A stretch of 64,000 nt of DNA from the NCBI RefSeq assembly GCF_000372725.1, contig NW_005201360.1, positions 146,881 through 210,880 on the forward strand. Reading direction: 5' to 3'. Within the stretch, counting starts at the first letter, position 1. Each line of letters starts with the position of its first letter. A program made the translations under genes and the position numbers. Under the pieces are notes generated by a model. That model worked only from the letters and a program-made list of their open reading frames with translations. It did not search any database and was not told the DNA's origin. The DNA comes from Emiliania huxleyi CCMP1516 (lineage: Eukaryota). Of the stretch, positions 1 through 12,289 are shown in pieces.

Positions 1-631
1 AGGCACGGCTGGCACCTGTGGCGCGGGGCTCGTCTTCGGAAAGACCAGGATCGCTCTACTGGCAAAGTTCTGGCTGACACGCGCGCCCGGTCGAGCCTTC
101 GGCGGGCGCGCTGCGGTCGCACGCCTACCCAAGTCATATGCCACGGCGTGCGATCTAGATTCAGCACACGCGCCTCTGCTCGCAACCACTCATCCAATGA
201 ACTGTCGCCACCCATGAGTGCGAGTTAGGGCTAGCGGCTGGCCAATAGCCTGTGAGGAGGGCGTCCATAGACACCTCACAAGACCCCACACATGGTCTCG
301 TCCGTGCCTTGCGGCCGGCGACGAGATTGCTAGAGGCGGAGCAAGCCTGCTCTAGTCTCACACGTTCGCCCCTGTCGCCTGTCTGTGTTGTTGTGCTGTT
401 GTTTGTCTCTTGGCACCTTGGAGTGCTGGGGGGGGCGACAGGGGGGACGTGGCCTGAGTGATGTGTACGCCCACTCAGGATGTGTGGCAGCCCGCTGGCT
501 GTGTGTCTTGTGAGCTTGTTTGTGTCTGTGTGTCGCTCGTGCGTGTCGTCATCATCTGTCTTGCGTCCACCCATACCGCGTTGGTGTCCAGTCCGAGCCT
601 GACTGTTCTTCACCTTACTACATACATACAT
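1..631 (+). mobile_element. Dispersed repeat, probable 3' end of a non-LTR retrotransposon ending in a (TACA)n tail (copy 1, runs off window start)
   Basis: Aligns by eye with about 7447-8080 (shared GAGGAGGGCGTCCATAGACACCTCACAAGACCCCACACA, CCCATACCGCGTTGGTGTCCAGTCCGAGCCTG). Both copies end at CTTCACCTTACTA(TA)CATACATACAT. The LINE assignment is inferred from the microsatellite tail. Confidence 0.55.
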
Positions 632-1282
632 GCATGTCTTGAAGGTCCGATACTGGAAGCCCATATAGGCACCTCAGTCTCGCACCTCTTGAGCGACACT
701 ACGTTTCCGCAGCTGGGGATTCTCCGGGAACTGGAGCTGCAGCGAGAGCTCGATGTAGTCGGCATACGCCGCACACGGGAAGAAGTCGGCATACGGGCAT
801 ACGCAAGCGGCGCACGGCCGCGCCACACGTGGCCAGCAGGTCCCGCGCGTGGCGTCCGACGTGCTCAGCAGCGTCCCCACCGCCTACCCCCGCCCCCCAC
901 CGCCCCTGCCGCAGCGGCCTGCCGCCGCCGCGCTTGCCTCACATCTTGAGGTCCTCCTCGTCCGAGCTGTCCGAGAGGAGTTCGTTTTCTTTATTCAGCG
1001 CTGAAGGGGGGGGGGGGAGGTGGAATACGTATTCCACCGTATTCCAAAAATCGCTCCTTCCTGCCGCCGCCCTCTGCTCAGTCGTTTGACCCGCCGCCCA
1101 ATGCTCCGCCGTTCGCTGCCGTGGTCTGCCGCCGTGCCGCCGCTCCTTACCGTGCCGCTCCTTCCGCGCCTCGCCGCCCTTGCCATTTATTCGCCGTCCC
1201 TCCTGCCGTGCGTTACCGCCGTGCCGCCATACCGCCGCTCCTACAGTGCCGCGCCGCCTCCCACGCGCACACACCTTACCTC

Positions 1283-1529
1283 CTGCTCGACCGAGTTTGC
1301 GATGAGAAGTGACCCGAGCCGCCGGGTGCCCCGCAGCGGCCTCGCTGGACCAGAAGAACCGGTCCGCGAGTGCTCCGCAGCAGCCTCGCTGAGCCAGAAC
1401 GTCGGCTCGCGAGGTGGGGTGCTAGTATGAGCCCGATCCGTCGTAGAGTTCTTGCGCTTCGGCGGTTAGTGGTGCGCTAACCTCCGAGAAACCCTTCGGG
1501 TCGCTCCTCATCGCAAACCCTGTCAGCAG
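1283..1529. repeat. Imperfect ~35-bp inverted repeat enclosing ~180 bp (foldback or MITE relic)
   Basis: GTTTGCGATGAGAAGTGACCCGA (1295-1317) vs reverse complement of 1496-1518 GTTTGCGATGAGGAGCGACCCGA (21/23), extending outward with gaps. No TSD found. Confidence 0.5.
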
Positions 1530-1631
1530 AGTCTCCTACGGGAATGTACGTAAGAGCTACATACACTGAAAAACCTTCCCAAAAGCTACATATTCCGAAT
1601 AAAACTTTCTTCGCTCCGCGAATTCACAGAG

Positions 1632-3615
1632 TAGGCTGCATGCTTGCCGCGGAATGCGGGCGGTGCTTAGTGTAGGTATGTTGTTGGCAACAAGACACAG
1701 AGCTCACACAAAATCGGGTGGAAAGCGAACGAGTCACTTAACAGCGGTCGATTAGGGGGTGCGAGTCTACTGGCCAGACGACAAGAAGTGGTACTCTGGG
1801 CAGGCCAAGGCGTTTGACTCGGTGACGTTGGAGCACTTAGTGCGGTACGACGACGGCGAGGAGCGGCAGGAGTGCCTGACAGGACTCGAGCCGTTGCAGT
1901 GGGAGCTGCTGCTCCCCGCGGTGGCGGCCGCGTCGAGTACACGGGCTGCCACAATGTTGCGCAGCGCGCCGCGCGAGGCGGACCCAGAGACGTTGGCGAC
2001 GCGTCTCGCTGCCGCCGAAGGGCTGACGCTCGTGCCAGCGAACAATGAGGTGGGATATCGTGGCGTGTCGCTGCATACGTCGCCTGGAACGTTTCACGTG
2101 CGCAAGCGCAAGGACGGCAAGAATTACGAACTTGGCCACTTCTCGAGCGCTGCCGAAGCCGCTCTTGCTTATGCCCGTTTTCTCGGCCCGGCGGAGTCAG
2201 CCAAAGAGGCGGCCGCCAGGCCGGCTCGGAAGATGAGGGCCGGGTCGGAGGACCACGGAGGCTTTGGCGTCCCGCGGTGCAACGTGTCCGTCGAGGCCGT
2301 CATTTGTGAGAGCGCCTCAGAGGACGAGGGCGACGAAGCCATCCGTGGTGCTGCCACCACCCTCGTCACGGCGGCGTCTGCGAACGGCGACATGGCGCCG
2401 ATGTGCTCGCCGCCTGCGCAGGCACCCGGGGGAGGGGCTCTGAAGCGCAAGCGCAGCTTCCACAGCGAGGAGTTCGAGCTCGCTGCCGCCGGGGACACGA
2501 TCTCCATCCCTGTGCCGCAGGCCATGCGCGGCCGAGGGGCCACCGTCGTGGTGACGTATGAATGAGAGAACTCGCGGCGTGGGTGCATCAACAAAAAGTC
2601 AGCGGAGGACACGACTCCTGTGTCCCCTGTGACACCTCTGTCACCTTAGTGTGATAGTCCTGTGACGGGTACGCGTAAAGCCGTATCAGGACCCGAGAAT
2701 GGGAGATCTCTATCAAAAGACGTGCGCTGATGACCGAGATGAGTTTGATGAGTGATGTCGCCAGTCTGGAGTCTCCAAGCACCAAAGTCACAGTGTGATC
2801 AGTGTACTCCAACCCCCCTAAAAAGTCAGAGCACAGAAGCCGCCAAGCCTCTTACAGGATCTCGGAGTGTCACAGGAACTCCACAGTGGGGGCTTCTGAG
2901 ACCGCCTCGCCCTCGTCGCCAGCTCCTTCGTCGAGCGCCTGCTTGAGCGCGCCCACGAGGCGAGAGGCGGTCGCCGGCGAGCCGCGGCCCACGCCGGAGG
3001 CGGTGCGGCTGCCGCCGCTCGCGTGGCTCGGACGCGTCGCCTCAAACGCCCGGCGCGCCTGCAGCCGCGCCTCCCACTCGCGACCCGTTGGCAGCGACGA
3101 CTCCCGCGCCGACCCCCTCGCCGGCTCGCGCGCCGCCGGCTCCGCTCGACCTGCTGCTGCTTCACGACGTCCGAGCTCAACTGCTGCCGCAACCTCCCGC
3201 GCCGCCGACTCGCGACGCTGCCCCGGGTCGTCCTCTTTGTGCGAAGCCGCCCCGTCCCTCCTCTGGGACGGCCTCCGCCGCGGCGCAGTAGCGTCGGGCG
3301 GCCGCCCCGAGCCTTCTCCCGCGTCGGTTGCCTGCGGGGCGGAGCCGGGGTGCAGCGGCCAGTCGTCCCCCGAGGCGAGGGCCAAGTCGAGGGCTCTTCC
3401 CCGCTCGACGCCGCCCGCAGGAGGAGCCCGCTCGGCGCCCGCGGACGACGAGCGCTCAGCGGACGACGAGCGCTCAGCGGACGAAGCCGTGACCTTCCCC
3501 TCGTCCCCGCCCCCGCCGAGCAGCGCCGCCGTCGTCTCGGCACAGCCGCGGGCGTAGCCCTCTGCGCGCGCCTCGTCCGCCTCCGCCTGCAGTGTGCGCT
3601 CGCGGCGACGTCACA
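1632..3615. repeat. ~2-kb near-identical duplicate of 12048-14244 (segmental duplication or allelic haplotype)
   Basis: Both copies start TAGGCTGCATGCTTGCCGCGG and end GCGGCGACGTCACA. Differences: ~232-bp deletion near 1758, extra 15 bp near 3261-3275, scattered SNPs. This copy ends 9 bp before an N gap. Confidence 0.95.
1759..2565 (+). pseudogene. 5'-truncated copy of the Tudor + AP2 gene (no ATG upstream of the Tudor domain)
   Basis: Almost identical protein to 12290..13219, but the segment carrying ATG 12290/12296/12380 is deleted, so the ORF opens on GTG inside the Tudor domain. Confidence 0.65.
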
Positions 3616-3803
3616 TCAGTGGCCNNNNNNNNNNNNNNNNNNNNNNNNNNNNNNNNNNNNNNNNNNNNNNNNNNNNNNNNNNNNNNNNNNNNNNNNNNNN
3701 NNNNNNNNNNNNNNNNNNNNNNNNTGGTAGGGTGTGGGTGGTGAGAACGGCGGAGGGGTCTGGGTTGCTGCGGCTTAGGGTGTGGGCTTGACGGCTCGCG
3801 CGC

Positions 3804-5782
3804 ACAGTGGAACTCGTCGAGAGCGCCCCCGGCGTAGAGCTTGTCGACGAACTTTGAGACGGTGGCGCGGTCGTACTTTGCGACGTAGTGCGAGACGTAC
3901 GCGCAAACCTGTGCGGCGGCGGGGGCGGGGGTGTCGGCTCGGCTGGTCTGCCGGCGTGCAGGAGGAGGTCCTGGCGTTGAGTGCGTCATGCTGCCCCTCC
4001 ACCTCCCTCCTTCCCCTGACTTACGCGCGTCTCCCGCTCTCTCCCCACACACACCTTGATTGCGCCGTCGGCGTGCGTGCGGATCACCTCCGCGCCTCCG
4101 AAGAGCGTCGAGCCAGAGTTGGTGAAGTCGTCGGCCAGGAGGACAAAGGTGCCTGCGGGGGGCAGGTGCGAGGCCAGCTCTCACCGCAAGCTTCCCAACC
4201 CCGCCGGCAGGGAGGGCGGAGGCGCCGGGAGGGAAGTTTGACGTCTTCGGGTGCTCGGCGCCCGCCGCGTCGACAAAGGAGAAGCTCTTCGCCTACCCGC
4301 CCGAGGTGCCGCCGAGGTGCCGCCGAGGTGCCGCCGAGGTGCCGCCGAGGTGCCGCCGAGGTGCAGCCGAGGTGCAGCCGAGGTGCCGCCGAGGTGCCGC
4401 CGAGGTGCCGCCGAGGTGCAGCCGAAGTGCAGATGAGGTGCAGCCGAGGTTCAGCCGAGGTGCCGCCGAGGTGCCGCCGAGGTGCCGCCGAGGTGCAGCC
4501 GAAGTGCAGATGAGGTGCAGCCGAGGTTCAGCCGAGGTGCCGCCGAGGTGCCGCCGAGGTGCCGCCGAGGTGCAGCCGAAGTGCAGATGAGGTGCAGCCG
4601 AGGTTCAGCCGAGGTGCCGCCGAGGTGCCGCCGAGGTGCCGCCGAGGTGCCGCCGAAGTGCAGATGAGGTGCAGCCGAGGTTCAGCCGAGGTGCCGCCGA
4701 GGTGCCGCCGAGGTGCCGCCGAGGTGCAGCCGAGGTTCAGCCGAGGTGCCGCCGAGGTGCCGCCGAGGTGCCGCCGAGGTGCCGCCGAGGTGCCGCCGAG
4801 GTGCAGCCGAGGTGCCGCCGAGGTGCCGCCGAGATGCCGCCGAGATTGGCCTCCCCGCCGCGTCGCGAGGGGTGGAGAGGGGCGAGTGCAGGCGGGGGAG
4901 GGAGGCTGTGGCCCGGAGGAGAGAGGGAGGTGGTGGGCCGGGAGGAGGTGTGGTGGAGGGGGGGAGAGAGGGAAGAGGAGGAGTGACCTGCACGATGTCC
5001 GCGCCTGGGGGCGGAGGGGGTGGGGGAGGGGTGGGTGGGAGGGGTGGGTGGGAGGGGTGAGAGGGGTGGGAGGAGGGGAGCGCGTCGGAAAGGGCGGGTG
5101 GCCCGGCGGGGCAGGGAGGGGCGTAGGGGTGCGGAGGTGCGGGAAAGGGAGGAAGGAGAGAGGGGAGGGGGGAGGAGGCGCGGGAGGTGGGGCGGGAGGT
5201 TGGCACGGCACCGACTCGCGTCTTGTCGATCCAGAGGATGTTTTCGTACCTGCGGGCGGGGCTCCGAGCCCGGCTGCGTGAGGCGGCTCGAGGAGGGGCG
5301 GCGAGGGCCGGAGGGGGGTGGTCCCGCACTGGATGCCGGGGATGCAGCGGTGCACCATCTGGTAGAAGCGGCGGTGGGCGCCGTGGTCCGGGAAGACGAT
5401 GAAGGCGCGGCGAGGGTCCTCCTGCACGCGTGGCTGGAGCACCTGCGGGAAGGGGCGCGTCCACGCCGCTAGGAAGGGGCGCACGGCGCGATCGCGGGCG
5501 CTGCCACGGCGCAGCGCGGGGCGGGCGTGTCGGGCGGCGGGCGGCGGGCCGTGGAGAGGAAGCGGTCGAAGGGCGAGGCGAAGTACGTCCCGAGCCCGCG
5601 CACGTAGTCGTACTCGCGCCGCCTGGAGGCGTGTCTCGGAGGCGTCTCGGAGGCGTGTCTCGGAGGCGTCTCGGAGGCGTGTCTCGGAGGTGTCTCGGAG
5701 GCGGTGTCGCGCGTTTCGCGTGCTCTCGAGTGCCATGCGGCCGTCTGAATCGTGTTTATGTGTGCATGCCATGTGTGTGTTC

Positions 5783-5830
<48 letters not shown>

Positions 5831-7141
5831 CGCTCGCTCGCTCGCTCCCTCTCTCCCTCCCTCCCTCTCTCCCTCCCTCCCTCCCACTGTCGCTTTTCTC
5901 TCTCTCTCCCTCTCTCTCCCTCTCTCCCTCTCTCTCCTCTCTCTCTCCCTCCCTCTCTCTCTCTGCGCGCCGGTTGGCCCAGCGGCCGGTCGAGTTGAGG
6001 GTCGCCTGATCACCGCTTCTCTCCGTGATTGGCCACGCAACATCCCAGGCGCCCGCTCGAGCCGACACCTCGCCTCGAGGTCTTCGTACTCGTGAATGTC
6101 GAGCAGCAGCAGCTGCTGCGGCGGCGGCGGCGCTGCGCAGCCGGCGGGAGGCGGCAGCGGCAGCGCGGAGAGCATCGCGGCAAAGGACTGGCAGGTGGGC
6201 ACGTCCACAAACTCGCCGTCCGGCTTGCCTACGCGGGACGTGTCCTGGACGTGTCCTGGACGTGTCCCGGACGTCCTCCCGGCTCGCCGTCCGGCGCGCC
6301 GTTGTCCCACTTGCCGGTGGTGACGGTCCAGCGGGAGGTGCGCTCCATCTGGCAGTGCCGGTACCACGGCACGACGATCGTCAGCGACGCGACCGAGCAC
6401 GAATCGTACGCGCCTGGCCGACGCGGCGCGGAGGTGCGCATCATGGTCGCGTCACTGTCGCTGTCACTGTCGCGTCACTGTCGCGTCACTGTCGCTGTCA
6501 CTGTCGCTGTCACTGTCGCGTCACTGTCGTGTCACTGTCGCAGACGCGTACCTCCGACGCGGCATGCGCGCGCCATGCCAGCGTGCGATGGGCGGTGGCG
6601 GTGCGAGCGCAGTGGAGCCAGGGGCGTAAGAGGGCGGCCAGATCGGAGGCGTGAGTCCAGCGGCCGAGGAGTGTCTCGGAAGTGTCTCAGAAGGCGCGCC
6701 GTCAGCCATCGTCTGCTTCCACTTGCCGCGCGCGTACTGCTCCTTGGCGTGGGGCACGTTGAACCGCTGGAGGAAGAGGATGACCGCGAGCTGCTCGAAC
6801 AGGAAGATCGTGTCGTGGTTCATCAGCAGCACCACGTGCCGGTCGCGGATCAGGTCGACGCGCAGCTTGATGTTTGGGTCGCCCGACGGGAAGCGCTCCC
6901 ATGCGAGGCCCGTCTCGTCGATCGAGCCGCCGCTGAAGATGTCGTCGGTGCACAGCACCGGCAGATTGTCGCCGAGGTTCTCTGCCAAGCCGAGCGCCAT
7001 CTTTGCGAGGCCGGGCGGGTAGAGCACCGTGTACTCGCCGTGCCCGATCGGCAGCTGCCGTTCGGTTCGCCGCTTTGACACCTTTTCCTGCCACTTGAGA
7101 TCGCTTCTGGTGCCCTGGCGGGTGAGGGTTTGTGACGACAT
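3804..7141 (-). CDS. Ribose-phosphate pyrophosphokinase (PRPP synthetase, class II-like) / PRTase-fold protein, multi-exon; 3' end lost in gap
   Basis: Exon peptides WERFPSGDPNIKL..IRDRHVVLL, LTIVVPWYRHCQMER, LLLLDIHE, IVFPDHGAHRRF, WIDKTR, the PRPP-binding motif VLLADDFTNSGSTL and VCAYVSH follow PRS motif order. Confidence 0.75.
4302..4845. repeat. Intronic minisatellite, 11-bp unit GAGGTGCCGCC with variants and a higher-order period
   Basis: About 49 tandem units. The variant triplet GAAGTGCAGAT-GAGGTGCAGCC-GAGGTTCAGCC recurs about every 77 bp. Confidence 0.95.
5786..5963. repeat. (CT)n / polypyrimidine microsatellite in a PRS intron
   Basis: Direct reading. Confidence 0.9.
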
Positions 7142-7244
7142 TCTCGGGTCGGCTTGCAGGGCTGAGCGGATCGGGCGGGTCGCTCAACGGAGTGCCCGGC
7201 ACTCTCAAAGGGTTTTCTCTTTGAACTGGGATTTTTCTCTTTGT

Positions 7245-8080
7245 GGTCGCGCCGCCCTCGACTCAAGGGGTGCCCGATGCCATCTTCGCTTCGTACTCGA
7301 ATCCACCACGGTCCACGCCGCAACCGTCGCCGGCGCGCGACACGTTCCCGTAGGCCGGACTGTCCTCGTCGAGAGTGTGTGCCGCCAAGGCGGGACGCAC
7401 TCAGGGACGGTGCCGACGGGACGCGGCTCGAAGGGTGTGGCTCCGCAGCGCGGCTGGCACGCGTCGCAGAGGCCTCACCTTCGAAAAGTCGGGCATGGCT
7501 CCACCCGCAACTTTCTCGCTAACACGCGCGCACCGCCGAGCCTGCGGCGGGCGCGCTGCGGCCGCACGTCTAACTTCGTCATAGTGCCACGACGTGCGGC
7601 CTAGATTTAGCCCACGCGCCTCTGCTCGCAAACACTCACCCATTGAATTGTCACTGCCCGTGAGTGCGAGGATAGGGCTAGCAGTAGGCAGCTAGCCTCT
7701 GAGGAGGGCGTCCATAGACACCTCACAAGACCCCACACACGGTCTTGTCCGTGCCTTGCGGCCGGCGAGATTGCTAGAGGTGGAGCAAGCCTGCTCTAGC
7801 CTCGCATGTTACTTCCTGTCGTCTGTTGTGATGTTGTGCTGTTGTTTGTTCCTTTGGCACGGTGGAGTGCTGGGGGGGGCGACAGGGAGGATGTGGCCTT
7901 GAGTTATGTGTACGCCAACTCAGGGTGTGTGGCAGCCAGCTGGCTGTGTGTCTTGTGAGCCTGTTTGTGTCTGTGTGTCGCTCGTGCGTGTCGTCATCAC
8001 ATCTGTCCAGCGTCCACCCATACCGCGTTGGTGTCCAGTCCGAGCCTGGCTGTTCTTCACCTTACTATACATACATACAT
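7245..8080 (+). mobile_element. Second, longer copy of the (TACA)n-tailed LINE-like repeat
   Basis: Homologous to 1-631 from about 7447, followed by (TG)n. The 5' boundary is approximate. Confidence 0.55.
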
Positions 8081-10511
8081 GTGTGTGTGTGTGTGTGTGT
8101 TCATGGAGGCAACCGATGCGAGTCGACTGGTGTGTGTCGTCGTGGTTTCGTATCAAGAATACTCACACACTCACTCACACGCTAGTCGAGGTAAGGGGAA
8201 TCGTCAGAAGAATGGCGAGCGAGGCTCGGAAAGTCGGAAACAACCGAGCTGGACTGCGCTCGTGAGTCGTGTGCGCCTCCTTCTTTCTACTCCATCCATG
8301 CCTGACCGTGCTCGACACGCTACTCTGCTCCGGCTGCTGCATGCAGGAACTACGCCGACTGCAGTCTGGTACAAAAGCGCCGTCTGCAGTCTTAACGACC
8401 CGTACAACTACCTGCGAGAGGTGGAATCGGAGAGAGAGAGAGGTGCGTGGAATCGGCGGTCTCGGGCACCGTACCCATACACACTACTCAAAAGCACAAT
8501 GTACTACCACAAAGCACCACTAGCGATTTCGCGCGGAGGGCGTAGTGAAGCGCTGGGGCGCTCACTGTGTGTTATTCGGGTGGGGATCCATCAGTGGTAA
8601 CCGGCTTTAGTCACAGGTCCAAGCTCAGACGCCACACCAACACCACAAACACGCTCACTTCGCCGCTGCTGTAGATGGGCCCCCGGGGGCCCATACTCCG
8701 TCGAAGCACAGACCCGATCTCGGCACTCACGGGTTGCCACGCGCCCGCGCGCGGCGCGGGCCGCACCGCCCATGCCCCCGGGTCACCGACCCCGCCTCTC
8801 GGCCCTCTCGGCCCTCAGGAGCGTGCGGGAGACCGGCGAGGGGCGCGCCGCGCGCCGCCTGCAGAGCCGCCAGAGGCATTGCCGCCTCCGCTGGCGGGGT
8901 CCCGCGCGCCCGCCCGCGCCCGCGCCCGCCCACGCCGCGCCCGTGGGCTCCGGATGCGCCGCCCTCCTTCTCCTTCTTCTCGATGGCAGTCCGCGCATGC
9001 TTTTGTCGACGGGTCGGCGGCGTGATCGAGGGGAAGGTCGCCGGCGGCCGCAACTCCGCCGCCGTCGCTCCGCCGGCTCTGATCGAGTATCGGGCGTTGA
9101 GGGCGGCGGCACAAGCGGGTCTGACGCATCCATCGCCACGAGCCTCGCGACCGCGGTCGTGGCACACCTGGCGGCGGCTCTCGGGGCCGTCTCTACGGCG
9201 CTCGACGCCGTGTGAGGTCGCCGGCGGCCGCAACTCTGCCGCCGTCGCTCCGCCGGCTCAACCGAGTATCGGGCGTTGAGGTTTTGCGGCGCAAAGTGGG
9301 TCTGGTGCGCCACACGGTCACAACCCTTGCCACCGCCCTTGCCGCCGCCCTTGCCACCCTTTGCCGCCTTGCCTCCGCCGCGGGCGGCGGTGGGAGCGGC
9401 CTGCTGGGCTAGCATGTTGTCCTTGCTGGGGACGGGCACGTGGAACGCACGTTACAAGTTTGAACGGCCTCCAGAATTCAAACAAAAAATAGCCAAGGCT
9501 CTCTCGCAACCCCTCCGACCCCCCGGGACCCGTGGGCGTCGAAGAGGCGCTCTCGGGGGGCCGTTCTGAGTTCATACTACCTCGACGCACACTTGTACTG
9601 CGTCAAAGCACCGGCCCTGAGTCCGATCGGCGATACCTCTTCCCCATCCATCGTCCTTCCTTCCGCAAGCAACTCCCCGGCGAACCGCTAGACGACTGAC
9701 ATCGCTGCCTTCCGCGCAGCGCAATCGTGATCGGGTATGCGTGCTCACGCAGGCTGTGTCGTAGACGCCCCCACCCTAGCCCCCACCCCACAGGTATGCG
9801 CGAGGCTGCCCTAGAGAAGACAAGAACCTCACCATCTGGTGGCGTGGGCGAGATCGGCGAGGCCGGGCTCGCTCACATCACCACAAGGGCTGCGAGGAGG
9901 AAAGACGTCCCCCCACAGTGTCCCCTCTGTCAAGCCCCGCCCCCGCCGGTTCTGTTCCAGCCCCACTCAAACATACAACCCAAAGGAGGGATGGGAGGAC
10001 GGCACGCCGCCACCACACAGGGATTTCACGGTGGCGGCAGGCGCGCAGTTTGCCCCGCCCTTGCGGCTTTTCGTGGCTTTGGGAATGTTCCCGTTGCTGC
10101 TCTGCTGCAGCCTCCAGTCGCGGTGCGGCCTCCGCACTCTCGGCGTTCGCCTCTCGCCCTGCTGCAGCATCCGTGCCCATCTCTGGCAGCCGATCGCCGA
10201 GCGCCTCCTCAAAACATGCGAGAATCTCGTCGCTCCGAAGGCCGAGCACGTCGTCGGCAGCGCGGGTGCTCGCCCGCACGGCCGCCGTCCGTCGGTCGAG
10301 GTCTCGTCTTAGTTCTGGCAGCGTGCGCCGGCCTGCTCCCACGCTGGCCACGCATCATGCTGCGCTACGAGCAATCGCGTAACGGAGGCTCGCGGCTTTT
10401 GTGGGGTGGCTTTTGACGGCTTGGCTTCTGCACGAGCTTTTTTTTCCGGCCGCCTCCAGGGCGCCTCCAGGTCTCTTTGCCGTTCAGAATCCGCCCTACC
10501 TTGCGTGCGCC

Positions 10512-11450
10512 ATGCGTGCGCTCGACGACGACATGCACGCGCAGATTCTCCGCCACCTTCACGCCAGGTCCTCCAAGAACGCGGCGGCCGTCAACCAGCG
10601 CTGGCTTGCCCTCTCCCAGGAGGAGTGGCGTCGCCGCGCCCGCGACTGCGTTGCAGCAGAGGGTCTTGACTGGAAGCCCTCGCTCGCAAAGGAGATTGAG
10701 CATTTCGAGAACTGCGAAGACGGCGATCGGACAGGCTGGAAGGATCACAAGAAGGCGGTCCGCGAGCTCCCTTTTGTGCTTGGCCTCTACCCGGCGCCGT
10801 CCGCAGCCATGTGGGCCTTTACAAAGCCTACGGCCGGCGGCGCCGATCAAGTTTACCTCGACACCTTGGGCGCGGAACGCAACGACGGCACCTGGGGCTG
10901 CAACGAGTCGGTTTGCTCGTATGGCAACGACTCGAACTGGAACCGAGGGTTCTGTTGGGGAGTCATGGCCTTCGACGCGGATGAGGAGCGGTCGGTGGGC
11001 TGCTACCCCGTTCCCGAGCGGCCCGCCGACGTCCTCGACACGTCAGCGATCGTCTCGCAGTACCCACTACCGCTGAGCAAGCTTGGGCACGGCACGGCCT
11101 TCCTCGGCTCCAAGATCGCTGTGTACAACAGCGGCCTCGGCGAACGGAAGCCCATTCCGTACTGCATCGGCGGGCGCCTGCTTCGCATGGCGAGCGGCAG
11201 CTCCGAGGAGGGGGTGATGGTGTCACTCGGCTTCTTGCGCAATCCGAGCGTCGCGGAGAGCGACTACGCGAGCGAGGCTCGCTGGTGCCGACTTCCAACC
11301 GTCAATGAGCACGAGAAGTGCCAGGTCTTCTCCGCCGCCGTTGTGCCGGTCGTCGAGGAGGAGGACGACGAGCACGAGGGCGAGGACGAAGACAGCGTCT
11401 CCGGCTCGGATTCGAATGAGGAGGCGACCGAGGGCTGCGTCATCAGCTGA
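10512..11450 (+). CDS. Intronless F-box-like protein with acidic tail
   Basis: N-terminus MRALDDDMHAQILRHLHARSSKNAAAVNQRWLAL fits the F-box pattern; 312-aa ORF with globular composition. Confidence 0.65.
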   Translation: MRALDDDMHAQILRHLHARSSKNAAAVNQRWLALSQEEWRRRARDCVAAEGLDWKPSLAKEIEHFENCEDGDRTGWKDHKKAVRELPFVLGLYPAPSAAMWAFTKPTAGGADQVYLDTLGAERNDGTWGCNESVCSYGNDSNWNRGFCWGVMAFDADEERSVGCYPVPERPADVLDTSAIVSQYPLPLSKLGHGTAFLGSKIAVYNSGLGERKPIPYCIGGRLLRMASGSSEEGVMVSLGFLRNPSVAESDYASEARWCRLPTVNEHEKCQVFSAAVVPVVEEEDDEHEGEDEDSVSGSDSNEEATEGCVIS

Positions 11451-12289
11451 GCTCACATCACAGCCCCGTCGTGCGCGCCCTTCGAGCGACAGCGACAGCG
11501 ACAGCGACCGCGACCGCGTGGACAGCGACGACGAAAAAGCGCAGACGCTCGCCCGTCGCGTCGGCTGGGGTCCAAATCTTTCGTTCACATCCATTGGCAT
11601 CGCGGACTCCAAACGGCCACTCTCGGTCGGCGAGCGAGGCTGACATTTACGTGCACTTCTCTTTTTCGCGCCGTGCTAAAATTCTTTTTGTTTTGAACAT
11701 CAAAGAGTACACGTCTGACATCTATGATGAAGTGGCATGGACTCACAAAGTCAAACTAATCTTCACCATGGCCTTTGGCGCTGCGACTTACGTCTTCCAT
11801 TCGAAGCTTGGGAGGGGGACTAAAGTCTAAAGACTAAACTAAGACTGTCAACAGACGGAAGCTTGATTGATGCGCACATATTCCAGCCCATGCGAACACG
11901 TTTCTTTTTGGAACAGGGTAGACCGTTCAGAACACCGGCCTGAGGCCCTGAGTGAGTGAGACCCGGGCCTCTCTCACTGCAGCACTGGCAGCAGCAGACA
12001 GGTGTGGACGACCAGGTGGATATCCCCCCCCCTGGAGAGCGGGTGCCTAGGCTGCATGCTTGCCGCGGAATGCGGGCGGTGCTTAGTGTAGGTATGTTGT
12101 TGGCAACAAGACACAGAGCTCACACAAAATCACAGTGGGTGGAAAGCGAACGAGTCACTTAACAGGGGTCGATTAGGGCGGGCCACCCTGTCCAGAGGCG
12201 GAGGTGCCTTTCTGGGATCTTGCGATCGAGTCTATGCGTCCTCGGCCACGCTCTCCTTTCGTGGCTGATAAGCATTCGCAGACCAGGCG

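Noticed and set aside
632..1280. Possible minus-strand gene fragments (DFWNTVEYVFH.., CPYADFFPC..)
   Set aside because: No consistent spliced frame or recognisable domain.
4302..4845. CRISPR-like array or repetitive ORFs (PPRCRRGAAEV)n
   Set aside because: Head-to-tail 11-bp minisatellite with no unique spacers, inside an intron; no cas genes; eukaryotic context.
9600..10400. Possible exon remnants upstream of the F-box gene
   Set aside because: An intron-like segment is present but frames do not join into a supportable product.
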